A program made the position numbers and the translations under genes. Below are positions 29,645 through 38,814 of a stretch of DNA of 64,000 nt, piece after piece. Under the pieces are notes generated by a model. That model made no database searches. It was given only the letters and a program-made list of their open reading frames with translations, and was not told where the DNA came from. Numbering within the stretch: position 1 is the first letter of the stretch; each line of letters starts with the position of its first letter. Source of the DNA: Prochlorococcus sp. AG-363-N20 (lineage in GTDB: Bacteria > Cyanobacteriota > Cyanobacteriia > PCC-6307 > Cyanobiaceae); the NCBI GenBank assembly GCA_003280105.1, contig QCFX01000002.1, positions 24,403-88,402 on the forward strand. The letters are read 5' to 3'.

Positions 29645-31618
29645 ATGTGTGGATTGGCAGGCCTTTGGAGATTTCATAATACATCTGAGGATGATCTACA
29701 AGAGAATGCAAGATTAATGTCTCGCAGTATTTCTCATCGTGGGCCGGATGATTTTGGTGAATGGCATGACGCTGAGAAAGGATTAATACTTACGCATCAA
29801 CGTCTTTCCATTTTAGATCTTAGCCAAGCTGGTCATCAGCCAATGATTAGCAATTCTGGTAGATATGTAATTGCATTCAATGGAGAAATATATAACCATT
29901 TAGATCTTCGAAAATCTCTTCTTATAGAAAATCAAGCCCCTCCATGGCATGGCCATAGTGATACAGAAACACTTCTTGCGGCTTTTGAGGCTTGGGGGAT
30001 CGAAAATACTCTTAAGAAAAGTGTGGGAATGTTCGCTATTGCTCTATGGGATAGAAAACAGAAAATATTGCATTTAGTCAGGGATCGTTTTGGAGAAAAA
30101 CCTCTTTATTATGGATTTACTGGAGATAGTAATGAAAAGTCTTTAGTCTTTGCCTCTGAGCTTTCGGCAATTCGTTCAATTCCTGCTTTTAATAATACAA
30201 TAAGTACCGAATCATTAACTCAATTACTTCGTTTTTCTGTATTAGCTTCGCCGAACAGTATTTATAAAAATATTAAACAACTTTGCCCAGGGCAAATAAT
30301 TAGCTTTTCATATCCAATTCAAAGTATTATGCCTAAGCCTAAGTCTTGGTGGTGCTTTCGTTCGATTTTAGAACATAGCAAAGAAAATCTTTTCCTAGAA
30401 GAAAAAGAAGGCTTATTGCAACTAGAGAGTACTCTAGCAAAAACTATCAATCAACAAAGTCTTGCAGATGTTCCATTGGGTTCTTTCTTATCTGGTGGCA
30501 TTGATTCTTCTTTAATAACTGCTCTTTTGCAAAAAAATAGTATGCAGCCTGTCAGAACTATGACAATTGCTTTTGAAGAAAATAGTTATAACGAGGCACC
30601 ATATGCTCGGGCTGTTGCTGATCACTTAGGCACTGATCATACGGAGACCATTCTTACTGCAAATGATGCATTTGAATTAATCACAAGTTTGCCTAGGATC
30701 TATTCAGAGCCCTTTGCAGACTCTTCTCAATTACCTACGCATCTGGTTTGCAGAGAAGCACGTAAAAAAGGCCTAACAGTTGCATTAAGTGGAGATGGTG
30801 GGGATGAGCTGTTTGGAGGCTACAACCGATATTTCTGGGGACCAAGAATATGGAATCAACTTTCTTGGCTGCCTATAGGTATAAGACATATTTTAGGATC
30901 TGTGGTTAACAGCATCCCTCCTTCTCGCTGGGATTGCATAGGGCATTATTTACCAATAAATCAAGTAGGTCACAAAGCACACAAGCTTGCAGACAGACTG
31001 GTCAATGTTCGAACATCTGATGAACTATATCGTTCTTTAGTAAGTGAGTGGAGAGATCCAAAAAGCATGCTGCTCAATAGAGATATTTGCGAAGCCTCCT
31101 CCCCGATTGATTGGTCTCTACCAGAAAGTCTTTTAGGAGATCCAGTCGCTCGCATGATGGCTTATGACACTCTTAATTATCTCCCGAATGACATTCTTAC
31201 AAAGGTAGATCGAGCAGCGATGGCAGTTGGACTCGAAACCCGATCTCCTTTTTTAGACCATCGAGTGGCTGAAATTGCTTGTCGCCTTCCAATGAAAATG
31301 AAAATCCGAAAAGACTCTGATCAAGGACAAAGCAAATGGGCTTTAAGGCAAATTTTATATAAATATGTTCCACAACATTTAATCGACCGTCCAAAAGCTG
31401 GCTTTGCAATGCCTATTGGGATGTGGTTGAGAAATGAGCTTAGACCATGGGCAGAAGATTTACTTTCAAATTCTTTAATAAGAAAGCAAGGCTATCTGCA
31501 ACCAGAGCTAATTCAAAAACTTTGGAAGCAGCATTTAAGTGAAAAATTTGATCACACTAATCGACTTTGGACAATTTTAATGTGGCAAGCATGGTTACAA
31601 GAATGGCATGGAAAATAA
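29645..31618 (+). CDS. asnB: Asparagine synthase (glutamine-hydrolysing)-family amidotransferase
   Basis: N-terminal MCGLAG nucleophile Cys, HRGPD, and PP-loop SFLSGGIDSS; 657 aa. Confidence 0.9.
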   Translation: MCGLAGLWRFHNTSEDDLQENARLMSRSISHRGPDDFGEWHDAEKGLILTHQRLSILDLSQAGHQPMISNSGRYVIAFNGEIYNHLDLRKSLLIENQAPPWHGHSDTETLLAAFEAWGIENTLKKSVGMFAIALWDRKQKILHLVRDRFGEKPLYYGFTGDSNEKSLVFASELSAIRSIPAFNNTISTESLTQLLRFSVLASPNSIYKNIKQLCPGQIISFSYPIQSIMPKPKSWWCFRSILEHSKENLFLEEKEGLLQLESTLAKTINQQSLADVPLGSFLSGGIDSSLITALLQKNSMQPVRTMTIAFEENSYNEAPYARAVADHLGTDHTETILTANDAFELITSLPRIYSEPFADSSQLPTHLVCREARKKGLTVALSGDGGDELFGGYNRYFWGPRIWNQLSWLPIGIRHILGSVVNSIPPSRWDCIGHYLPINQVGHKAHKLADRLVNVRTSDELYRSLVSEWRDPKSMLLNRDICEASSPIDWSLPESLLGDPVARMMAYDTLNYLPNDILTKVDRAAMAVGLETRSPFLDHRVAEIACRLPMKMKIRKDSDQGQSKWALRQILYKYVPQHLIDRPKAGFAMPIGMWLRNELRPWAEDLLSNSLIRKQGYLQPELIQKLWKQHLSEKFDHTNRLWTILMWQAWLQEWHGK

Positions 31619-31856
31619 TTTGTTATTAAATAGCCTATTTAAGAAGTGATATTAAAAAGTCTCTTTAATTATATCTTTAAAAAATCAACAAATTTGTTAA
31701 AGTTGCTATCAAGCTTTGCAAAGCAGGCCTGCCTTGCTTTCTCTCCTCTCATACTCTTTGATATGCTGATTTTTGAACTGGATCTTTATAGGAGCATCTA
31801 CTGAGCAGCTGAAATAATCTATAAAAGTGATATTTTGATAATAGAAAATTGTTGAT

Positions 31857-32630
31857 ATGAAAGCTGTCATCTTGGCTGGAGGTCTTGGAACTCGCATAAG
31901 CGAAGAGACACTCGTAAAGCCGAAGCCAATGGTTGAGATTGGAGGGAGGCCAATACTATGGCATATTCTCAAAGTATATTCATACTATGGAGTAAATGAG
32001 TTTGTAATCTGTTGTGGTTACAAAGGCTATGTGATCAAAGAATATTTTGCGAATTATTTCCTTCATATGTCCGATGTAACATTTGATTTAAGCCAAAATA
32101 ATATGATTGTTCACAATCAGAAAGTAGAACCCTGGAAAATCACATTAGTTGATACTGGAGAAGCCACAATGACTGGAGGAAGATTGAAGAGAGTTCGTGA
32201 TTATATAAATGATGAAGATGCATTTTGCTTTACCTATGGTGATGGATTAGGTGATGTCAATATTCAATCATTGATTTCTTTTCATCAAGACCATGGGAAG
32301 TTGGGTACGATCACAGCAGTAAGTCCACCCGGAAGATATGGAGCAATTCAACAAGATGGGAATTTAGTACTTAATTTTTCAGAAAAACCAAGAGGAGATG
32401 GTGGTCTAATTAATGGAGGCTTTTTTATTCTTAGCCCAAAAGTGATAGATCTAATAGATGGTGACTCAACATCATGGGAAGACGAACCTTTAAATGCATT
32501 AGTTCAGAAGCAAGAATTAATGGCATTTACACACAATGGTTTCTGGCAGCCAATGGATACTTTAAGAGAAAAGATCTTGCTAGAAAAGCTTTGGGAAGAA
32601 GGAAATGCTCCATGGAAAAAATGGGAATAA
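31857..32630 (+). CDS. rfbF: Glucose-1-phosphate cytidylyltransferase
   Basis: MKAVILAGGLGTRISEETLVKPKPMVEIGGRPILWHILKVYSYYG...GFWQPMDTLREK is canonical RfbF/DdhA; 257 aa. Confidence 0.92.
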   Translation: MKAVILAGGLGTRISEETLVKPKPMVEIGGRPILWHILKVYSYYGVNEFVICCGYKGYVIKEYFANYFLHMSDVTFDLSQNNMIVHNQKVEPWKITLVDTGEATMTGGRLKRVRDYINDEDAFCFTYGDGLGDVNIQSLISFHQDHGKLGTITAVSPPGRYGAIQQDGNLVLNFSEKPRGDGGLINGGFFILSPKVIDLIDGDSTSWEDEPLNALVQKQELMAFTHNGFWQPMDTLREKILLEKLWEEGNAPWKKWE

Positions 32631-32656
32631 GCAATCAACCCCCTAACCTCAACTGA

Positions 32657-33739
32657 ATGACTACACTCTTCAACAATACTTATAAAGGTAGGCGTGTTCT
32701 TATTACAGGGCATACAGGCTTCAAAGGAAGTTGGCTTACTTTATGGCTAAAGGAATTAGGTGCGGAAATATGTGGCGTCTCTTTAGACCCAGAAACCACG
32801 CCTAATCATTGGGATTTACTTAATTTAGAAATTAATGACTGCAGATGCGATATAAGAAAAGGAGAAAAATTGAAAGAAATCTTTTCCAGCTTTCAACCTG
32901 AAATTGTTTTTCATCTTGCTGCTCAACCATTAGTTCGTAGATCTTATTTATTACCTATAGAAACTTGGACAACAAATGTGATTGGAACAGCAGAGGTTTT
33001 GGAGGCATGTAGAGTAACCAGTAGTATTAAGTCAATATTATGCATTACTAGTGATAAGTGCTATTTAAACAATGAGTGGGAATGGGGCTATAGAGAAACA
33101 GACACTCTGGGTGGGCATGATCCTTATAGTTCTTCAAAAGCATGCTCTGAGTTACTAATAAGTAGTTATCGTAAGTCGTTCTTCAATCAGCAAGGAGAAA
33201 TACTAATAGCTTCTGCAAGAGCAGGCAATGTAATAGGGGGGGGAGATTGGTCCGAAGATCGTCTAATTCCAGATGTAATTAGATCTATATATAAAAAAAA
33301 TCAATTGATAATTAGAAATCCAAATTCAACAAGGCCATGGCAACATGTCTTAGATTGCATCAGTGGATACCTTTTATTGGGTCAACGTCTAATTGAGAAA
33401 AAAGAATGGGCATCAGATGCATGGAATTTTGGACCAGGGGATGAGGGAAATTTCACAGTAGAAGAAGTTCTTACTAAGGTTAAAAGTTTTTGGCCAGAAG
33501 TGAGCTGGAAAAAAGAAACTCAAAAAAACAATGCTCATGAAGCATCCTTTTTAAAACTAGATTGCTCTAAATCATCTTCAAAATTATCTTGGAAACCTTT
33601 ATGGAGCTCTGAAAAAGCAATCTATAAGACAACGCAATGGTACCGAAGATTAGCCGAAGAAGACCACATTAGTAGCAATCAAGATATCTCTGATTTCTGT
33701 AAAGATGCCTTCATAGAAGAACTTACTTGGATTAAGTAA
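32657..33739 (+). CDS. rfbG: CDP-glucose 4,6-dehydratase
   Basis: ITGHTGFKGSWL, HLAAQPLVRRSY, YSSSKACSE (YxxxK), ARAGNVIGGGDW and TRPWQHVLD are canonical RfbG/DdhB; 360 aa. Confidence 0.9.
   Translation: MTTLFNNTYKGRRVLITGHTGFKGSWLTLWLKELGAEICGVSLDPETTPNHWDLLNLEINDCRCDIRKGEKLKEIFSSFQPEIVFHLAAQPLVRRSYLLPIETWTTNVIGTAEVLEACRVTSSIKSILCITSDKCYLNNEWEWGYRETDTLGGHDPYSSSKACSELLISSYRKSFFNQQGEILIASARAGNVIGGGDWSEDRLIPDVIRSIYKKNQLIIRNPNSTRPWQHVLDCISGYLLLGQRLIEKKEWASDAWNFGPGDEGNFTVEEVLTKVKSFWPEVSWKKETQKNNAHEASFLKLDCSKSSSKLSWKPLWSSEKAIYKTTQWYRRLAEEDHISSNQDISDFCKDAFIEELTWIK
33236..33243 (+). repeat. G8 homopolymer tract inside rfbG
   Basis: Read directly: ata ggg ggg gga gat (I-G-G-G-D) across the 33240/33241 line break. 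Confidence 0.95.
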
Positions 33740-34290
33740 TGGAAGTATTTACTACACCTATAAAGGACTTAAAACTTATAAAGCTTAATTCTTCTGAAGA
33801 CTTAAGGGGATCATTTGCTAGGTGTTTCTGCGACGAAGAGCTTTCCGAATTTCTACGGGGAAGGAGCATAAAACAAATCAATCACTCAAGAACTAAACAA
33901 GTAGGGGCAATAAGAGGGCTTCATTTTCAGAAGCCACCTTTCTGTGAGATGAAATTAATAAGATGTTTAAAAGGCTTGGTATGGGATGTAGCTGTTGATT
34001 TGCGGTCAAGCTCAAAAACCTTTCTTCAATGGCATGCAATAAAACTTTGTCCATCTGAAAAATTTCTATTTGTTATCCCAGAAGGTTTTGCTCATGGTTT
34101 CCAAGTGCTAGAGCCAGATAGTGAATTGCTATACCTACACACCGCGCAATACAAACCTGCCTTCGAAGGTGGGATATCCCATAATGACCCTCGTCTTGGA
34201 ATTCAATGGCCCTTAGATGCTCAAGACTTATCCATGAGGGACTTAAGCCACCCTTTGTTAAATGATCAATTTTTAGGAATTAAGCTATGA
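33739..34290 (+). CDS. RmlC-like cupin NDP-4-keto-6-deoxyhexose 3,5- (or 5-) epimerase
   Basis: DLRGSFARCF, IRGLHFQKPP, VWDVAVDLRSSS and FVIPEGFAHGFQVL match the dTDP-4-dehydrorhamnose 3,5-epimerase fold. The start overlaps the rfbG stop (TAATG). Confidence 0.8.
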   Translation: MEVFTTPIKDLKLIKLNSSEDLRGSFARCFCDEELSEFLRGRSIKQINHSRTKQVGAIRGLHFQKPPFCEMKLIRCLKGLVWDVAVDLRSSSKTFLQWHAIKLCPSEKFLFVIPEGFAHGFQVLEPDSELLYLHTAQYKPAFEGGISHNDPRLGIQWPLDAQDLSMRDLSHPLLNDQFLGIKL

Positions 34291-35519
34291 AATGTCGCAA
34301 TTGCTTTTCTGAGTTAAACGAAGATTTTATAGACCTTGGATTTGCTCCACCATCAAATGCATACTTAAGAAAAGAAGATCTTGCTAAAAAAGAGAATTAT
34401 TACCCTTTAAAAGTAAAAGTTTGTGATAAATGCTGGCTAGTTCAAACAATCGATTATTTACAGGAGAATGAATTATTCAACTCTGAATATGCTTACTTCT
34501 CCAGTACATCTAAAACTTGGCTAAAGCATTCAGAAGAATATTCAGAAAAAATCATCAATCTGTTGAGCCTAAATAATAATAGTCTCGTAATTGAAATTGC
34601 CTCTAATGATGGATATTTGCTAAAGAATTTTAAAAAAGCCCATATTCCTTGTATTGGAATAGAGCCTACCGAAGCAACAGCTTTATATGCAGAGTCTAAA
34701 GGTTTAGAGGTGATACGAGACTTCTTTGGGGAACGGATGGGGAAGGATCTAAAGAATAAAGGGAAAAGAGCTGATTTACTTATAGGAAATAATGTATATG
34801 CACATGTTCCTAATATTGTAGATTTTACAAAGGGACTTAAAGAGGTGTTAAAAGAAGACGGGACAATCACATTAGAATTTCCCCATCTAATGGAACTTAT
34901 AAAAAACAATCAATTTGATACAATATATCATGAACATTTTTCTTACTTGTCTTTATACTCTGTATGCAAGATATTCAAAGAATGTGGGCTCAGGGTCTGG
35001 GACGTCGAGCGGTTGAATACACATGGAGGTAGCCTAAGAGTATATGGATGTCATTTAGAATCAAAGCGAAAAAATATACATAGAGTAGATAAAGTATTAG
35101 AAGAAGAGAAAGATCTGGGATTACTTAATATCAATACATATAAAAGATTCTCGAAGTGCGCTAAGGATATTAAATTAGAGCTTTTAAATTTTCTTGTAAC
35201 CCAAAAACTTTCTGGGAAAAAGGTGGTTGGCTATGGAGCTGCTGCTAAAGGTAATACATTACTAAACTTCAGTGGTGTAAAGCCTGATTTAATTCCTTAT
35301 GTATGTGACGCAGCGCTGTCAAAACAGGGTAAGTATATGCCAGGGAGCCATATACCTATAGTTTCGCCAGAGGAATTATTTAATAACCCTCCTGACTTTG
35401 TCTTGATTCTTCCCTGGAATATCGCAGGTGAAGTTCGGAGCCAACTCAAGGACTTGGAAGAATTTGGAACAACGTTTGTAGTCGCAATTCCAAAATTATT
35501 TATGTACAGCAATAAATAA
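34287..35519 (+). CDS. NDP-hexose C-methyltransferase (TylCIII-like: Zn-ribbon + SAM MTase + C-methyltransferase C-terminal domain)
   Basis: N-terminal CRNC...CDKC zinc ribbon, SAM motif VIEIASNDGYLL, HEHFSYLS and HGGSLRVY blocks characteristic of sugar C-3 methyltransferases. ATGA overlap with the upstream gene. Confidence 0.78.
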   Translation: MKCRNCFSELNEDFIDLGFAPPSNAYLRKEDLAKKENYYPLKVKVCDKCWLVQTIDYLQENELFNSEYAYFSSTSKTWLKHSEEYSEKIINLLSLNNNSLVIEIASNDGYLLKNFKKAHIPCIGIEPTEATALYAESKGLEVIRDFFGERMGKDLKNKGKRADLLIGNNVYAHVPNIVDFTKGLKEVLKEDGTITLEFPHLMELIKNNQFDTIYHEHFSYLSLYSVCKIFKECGLRVWDVERLNTHGGSLRVYGCHLESKRKNIHRVDKVLEEEKDLGLLNINTYKRFSKCAKDIKLELLNFLVTQKLSGKKVVGYGAAAKGNTLLNFSGVKPDLIPYVCDAALSKQGKYMPGSHIPIVSPEELFNNPPDFVLILPWNIAGEVRSQLKDLEEFGTTFVVAIPKLFMYSNK

Positions 35520-35529
35520 AGAAGAAAAT

Positions 35530-36378
35530 ATGGTTGATCGCATTCTAGTAACTGGTGCCAATGGTTTTATAGGCAAACAAGTAATAAAAAGGCTAGTAAA
35601 GTATGATGTAAATATTAGCTGCTTAGTTCGTGAGAGAGTTGATTTAAATAAAGAATTAAAGTCTGATTTGATCGAAAAGGTAATAGTTGAAGATTTATTC
35701 GATACTTCAGACCCTCAGGTTAAAAAATCTCTAAAAGATTCAGACACTATAATTCACTTGGCTTGGTATGCAGAGCCTGGCAAGTATTTAAGTTCTGAAA
35801 AAAATATTGATTGCCTAACTGGAAGTATTAATTTAATCAAAGAGTTTGTGAAACTTGGGGGTCAAAAAGTAATCGGAGTGGGAACCTGTGCTGAATACCA
35901 AGAAACTGAAGAAACTATCACAATAGACACTCCATTAAGCCCAACCAATCTATATGCAAGTTGTAAAGTTGCTTTATTCTATGCTCTTTCGAGTTATTTA
36001 ATGAATAAAAAGGTTGACTTTTCCTGGTGCAGATTGTTTTATTTATATGGTGAAGGTGAGGACAAAAGAAGGTTTCTTCCTTATTTAGTAAACAAGCTAG
36101 AATCAAATCAAGAGGCTTTACTTACAAAAGGAGATCAAATAAGAGACTTTCTTGATGTTCAAGAAGCTGGACGAAGAATTGCAGATGTCTCGATGAGAAG
36201 TAAGTCTGGGGTTTTTAATATTTGCTCGGGTGAGCCAATTACTATTCGTGAGTTTGCAGAGGAAGTGGCAAGGAAATATGGAAAGCAGCACTTACTGAAG
36301 TTTGGAGCAAGGCAGGAAAATATCTTTGAACCTAAGTCTGTCGTAGGTCTTCCAAACGATTTGTCTGTTGATATATAG
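35530..36378 (+). CDS. NAD(P)-dependent SDR epimerase/reductase (candidate 4-ketoreductase of the CDP-sugar pathway)
   Basis: VTGANGFIGKQV Rossmann motif and YASCKVAL (YxxxK); 282 aa. It starts 10 nt after the C-methyltransferase. Confidence 0.72.
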   Translation: MVDRILVTGANGFIGKQVIKRLVKYDVNISCLVRERVDLNKELKSDLIEKVIVEDLFDTSDPQVKKSLKDSDTIIHLAWYAEPGKYLSSEKNIDCLTGSINLIKEFVKLGGQKVIGVGTCAEYQETEETITIDTPLSPTNLYASCKVALFYALSSYLMNKKVDFSWCRLFYLYGEGEDKRRFLPYLVNKLESNQEALLTKGDQIRDFLDVQEAGRRIADVSMRSKSGVFNICSGEPITIREFAEEVARKYGKQHLLKFGARQENIFEPKSVVGLPNDLSVDI

Positions 36379-36442
36379 ATGATTAAATATTATTATTGCT
36401 ATAACAAAACAAGGAATTCATTTGCTTGGTCCATCTAAAAAT

Positions 36443-37633
36443 ATGAGCATACTTTATCTTAGTTATGATGGAATCTTAGAACCATTAGGTCACTCACAAG
36501 TTCTCTGTTACATCCAAAAGCTATCAAAAACAAATAAGATACTTTTGATTAGTTACGAAAAAAATATGGATATTAACGACAGGAAGAAAAGGTCCTTGAT
36601 AAAAAAAGAATTAGAGGGATATGATATTTCATGGTTTCCTTTAACATATCACAAAAAGCCTCCTATTTTATCTACAGCGTATGACCTTTTAAGGGGTATA
36701 TGTCTAGCCATCAAGTTGTCTATAATAAATCCTATTAGGGTTGTACATGCAAGGGGTTATCCTGTTTCTATAATTGCTTTATTTATAAAGTATTTATTTG
36801 GTGTTAAGTACTTATTTGACATGCGAGGCTTCTGGCCCGACGAGAAACTAGAATCAGGGTGGAATGCTAAAGGAGTTCCTTATAAAGTTACTAAAATATT
36901 CGAAAAACTTTTCTTATTGTCAGCTGATCACATTATTTCACTTACAAATGCAGGGTCTTTAGAGTTACAGAAATTTCCTTATTTAAAGGGAAAAGTTCCT
37001 CCAATTACAGTTATACCAACATGTGCAGACTTAAAAATATTTAAAGTAAATAAAACACTTAATAAAAAAAATAAATTTACTGTTGGCTATATTGGAACAG
37101 CTAGTAATTGGTATTTATTTGAAGAAACTGCACTATGTTTTGCACTGATTCTTGAAGAAATACCGAAGGCTAGTTTTCTCATCCTCAATAGAGGAGATCA
37201 CAACTATATAGAAGAATGCCTAAGCAAAGTAGGAATAAAAAAAGATAGCTATAAGATCCTTGAATGCAGTCGATACGAAGTGCCAAAATATCTCTCTGAA
37301 CTTAATGCTTCTGTTTTTTTTATAAAGCCAGTCTTTTCAAAAAAAGCATCCGCTCCTACGAAACTAGCGGAGTTATTAGGATGCGGTATACCGTGTTTAA
37401 CCAATACTGGAGTGGGAGATATGGATTCGATCATAGAGCATGAAAAGGTTGGGACTTTGATAAGGTCCTTTGATATCGACTCAATAAAAAAGGCTATAAA
37501 AATATTTTTGAGCTTAGCGCTAGAGGTTAATATCCAAGAGAGGTGTCATGAAACAGCCGAAAAATACTTTTGCTTAGAGCAAGGAGCAAGTAAGCTAAAT
37601 GCCGTATATGAATCTCTAGCAAAGTTTAAATGA
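36443..37633 (+). CDS. Family 4 (GT-B) glycosyltransferase
   Basis: MSILYLSYDGILEPLGHSQV N-terminus and the C-terminal APTKLAELLGCGIPCLTN nucleotide-sugar binding region. The ORF opens at TTG 36422, but ATG 36443 is preferred. Confidence 0.7.
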   Translation: MSILYLSYDGILEPLGHSQVLCYIQKLSKTNKILLISYEKNMDINDRKKRSLIKKELEGYDISWFPLTYHKKPPILSTAYDLLRGICLAIKLSIINPIRVVHARGYPVSIIALFIKYLFGVKYLFDMRGFWPDEKLESGWNAKGVPYKVTKIFEKLFLLSADHIISLTNAGSLELQKFPYLKGKVPPITVIPTCADLKIFKVNKTLNKKNKFTVGYIGTASNWYLFEETALCFALILEEIPKASFLILNRGDHNYIEECLSKVGIKKDSYKILECSRYEVPKYLSELNASVFFIKPVFSKKASAPTKLAELLGCGIPCLTNTGVGDMDSIIEHEKVGTLIRSFDIDSIKKAIKIFLSLALEVNIQERCHETAEKYFCLEQGASKLNAVYESLAKFK

Positions 37634-37648
37634 AGGCGCTTAAAAGGT

Positions 37649-38722
37649 ATGCCCGTCCAACCCCCCCCTCTACTGCTTTCATCAGCAAAGATCGCTTACT
37701 GTCCAATGAGTCCAGAGCTTTCTGCCCCGGGCGATAGAAGAAGGTTTTGTTTTTTCGCTAACCAAGCAGGGGTCAAATATGAAATTTATAACCCCCAGAA
37801 AAAATATGATCTAGTCGTCCTAACTCAGAACTCAGACATTAGCTATTGGTCGAGACTTGAGAAAGGAACAGCAATCATTTTTGACTTTATTGACTCTTAT
37901 CTTGTAGAAAACAGAAGTATAAAGACTGCATTTAGGGGGTGGGCAAAATACATTTCTGGTCAAAATAAATTTCTTGAATTAAGTTATAAATCTGCTTTGA
38001 AGAAATTGTGTTCTCGCTCTCAGGCAGTGATATGTTCTACTTTGGAACAATCAGATTCAATAAAACCATACTGTGAAAATACACACATAGTGTTTGATGC
38101 CCATTTCAATGATGCTCTCGTAAGTAAGTCTAACTATGAAAGTCATGAGCCATTTCGATTAGTGTGGGAGGGACTTCCATCAAACATTTACCAATTAAAA
38201 AGCATAACTGAATTAATTGCTTCAAATAAATTCGATATACCTATAGAGCTTCATATAATCACTGACAGAGTCGGCAGAAGACTTCTTAACAGGTATTTTT
38301 CTGTAGATATACCAAGATTTTTAGAAAGTCTTCCTATAAAAACTTATTTCTATGAATGGTCAGCAAAGAATCTCTCTACAATTTCTCTCGATTGTGATTT
38401 GGCAATTATTCCAATAGACCTAACTAATCCTTTTGCTTCTGGGAAACCAGAGAACAAGCTACTTCTTTTCTGGAGAATGGGTCTCCCTGTCCTTGTTTCA
38501 GCTACACCGGCTTATATACGTGCAATGAACTCTTCGGGTCAAATTTATTATGCATTCAATGATGCTGACTGGATAGAATGTATAAGAACATTAATGGAGT
38601 CAAAGGAAAAAAGACAAGAAGCAGCAAAGAAAGGTAAAGATTTGGTCCTGGAAAAATACTCTCAGGAGATACTTTTAAACAAATGGAGAAGTGTATTTAC
38701 TTCAATTGGGTTTAGTTGCTGA
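37649..38722 (+). CDS. Orphan GT-B-like protein (putative glycosyltransferase, family not recognised)
   Basis: Only the C-terminal GKPENKLLLFWRMGLPVLVS block resembles a GT-B donor-binding helix. 357 aa, with a C8 tract at codons 5-7. Confidence 0.45.
   Translation: MPVQPPPLLLSSAKIAYCPMSPELSAPGDRRRFCFFANQAGVKYEIYNPQKKYDLVVLTQNSDISYWSRLEKGTAIIFDFIDSYLVENRSIKTAFRGWAKYISGQNKFLELSYKSALKKLCSRSQAVICSTLEQSDSIKPYCENTHIVFDAHFNDALVSKSNYESHEPFRLVWEGLPSNIYQLKSITELIASNKFDIPIELHIITDRVGRRLLNRYFSVDIPRFLESLPIKTYFYEWSAKNLSTISLDCDLAIIPIDLTNPFASGKPENKLLLFWRMGLPVLVSATPAYIRAMNSSGQIYYAFNDADWIECIRTLMESKEKRQEAAKKGKDLVLEKYSQEILLNKWRSVFTSIGFSC
37661..37668 (+). repeat. C8 homopolymer tract at the 5' end of the orphan GT-like CDS
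   Basis: Read directly: atg ccc gtc caa ccc ccc cct cta (M-P-V-Q-P-P-P-L). Confidence 0.95.
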
Positions 38723-38814
38723 TATATTAAAGAATATAGTTAATGTAGCTAAAAGCTTTTACTGATTATTGCGAGTATACTAAATATAATCTCTAATTAG
38801 ACCGATTCGAAACC

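Noticed and set aside
31709-31972. 87-aa minus-strand ORF overlapping the rfbF start
   Set aside because: It is antisense to the most conserved part of rfbF.
34493-35512. Minus-strand ORFs 34493..34909 (138 aa) and 35297..35512
   Set aside because: They are antisense shadows within the C-methyltransferase gene, with Ser/Phe/Ile-rich translations typical of AT-rich antisense frames.
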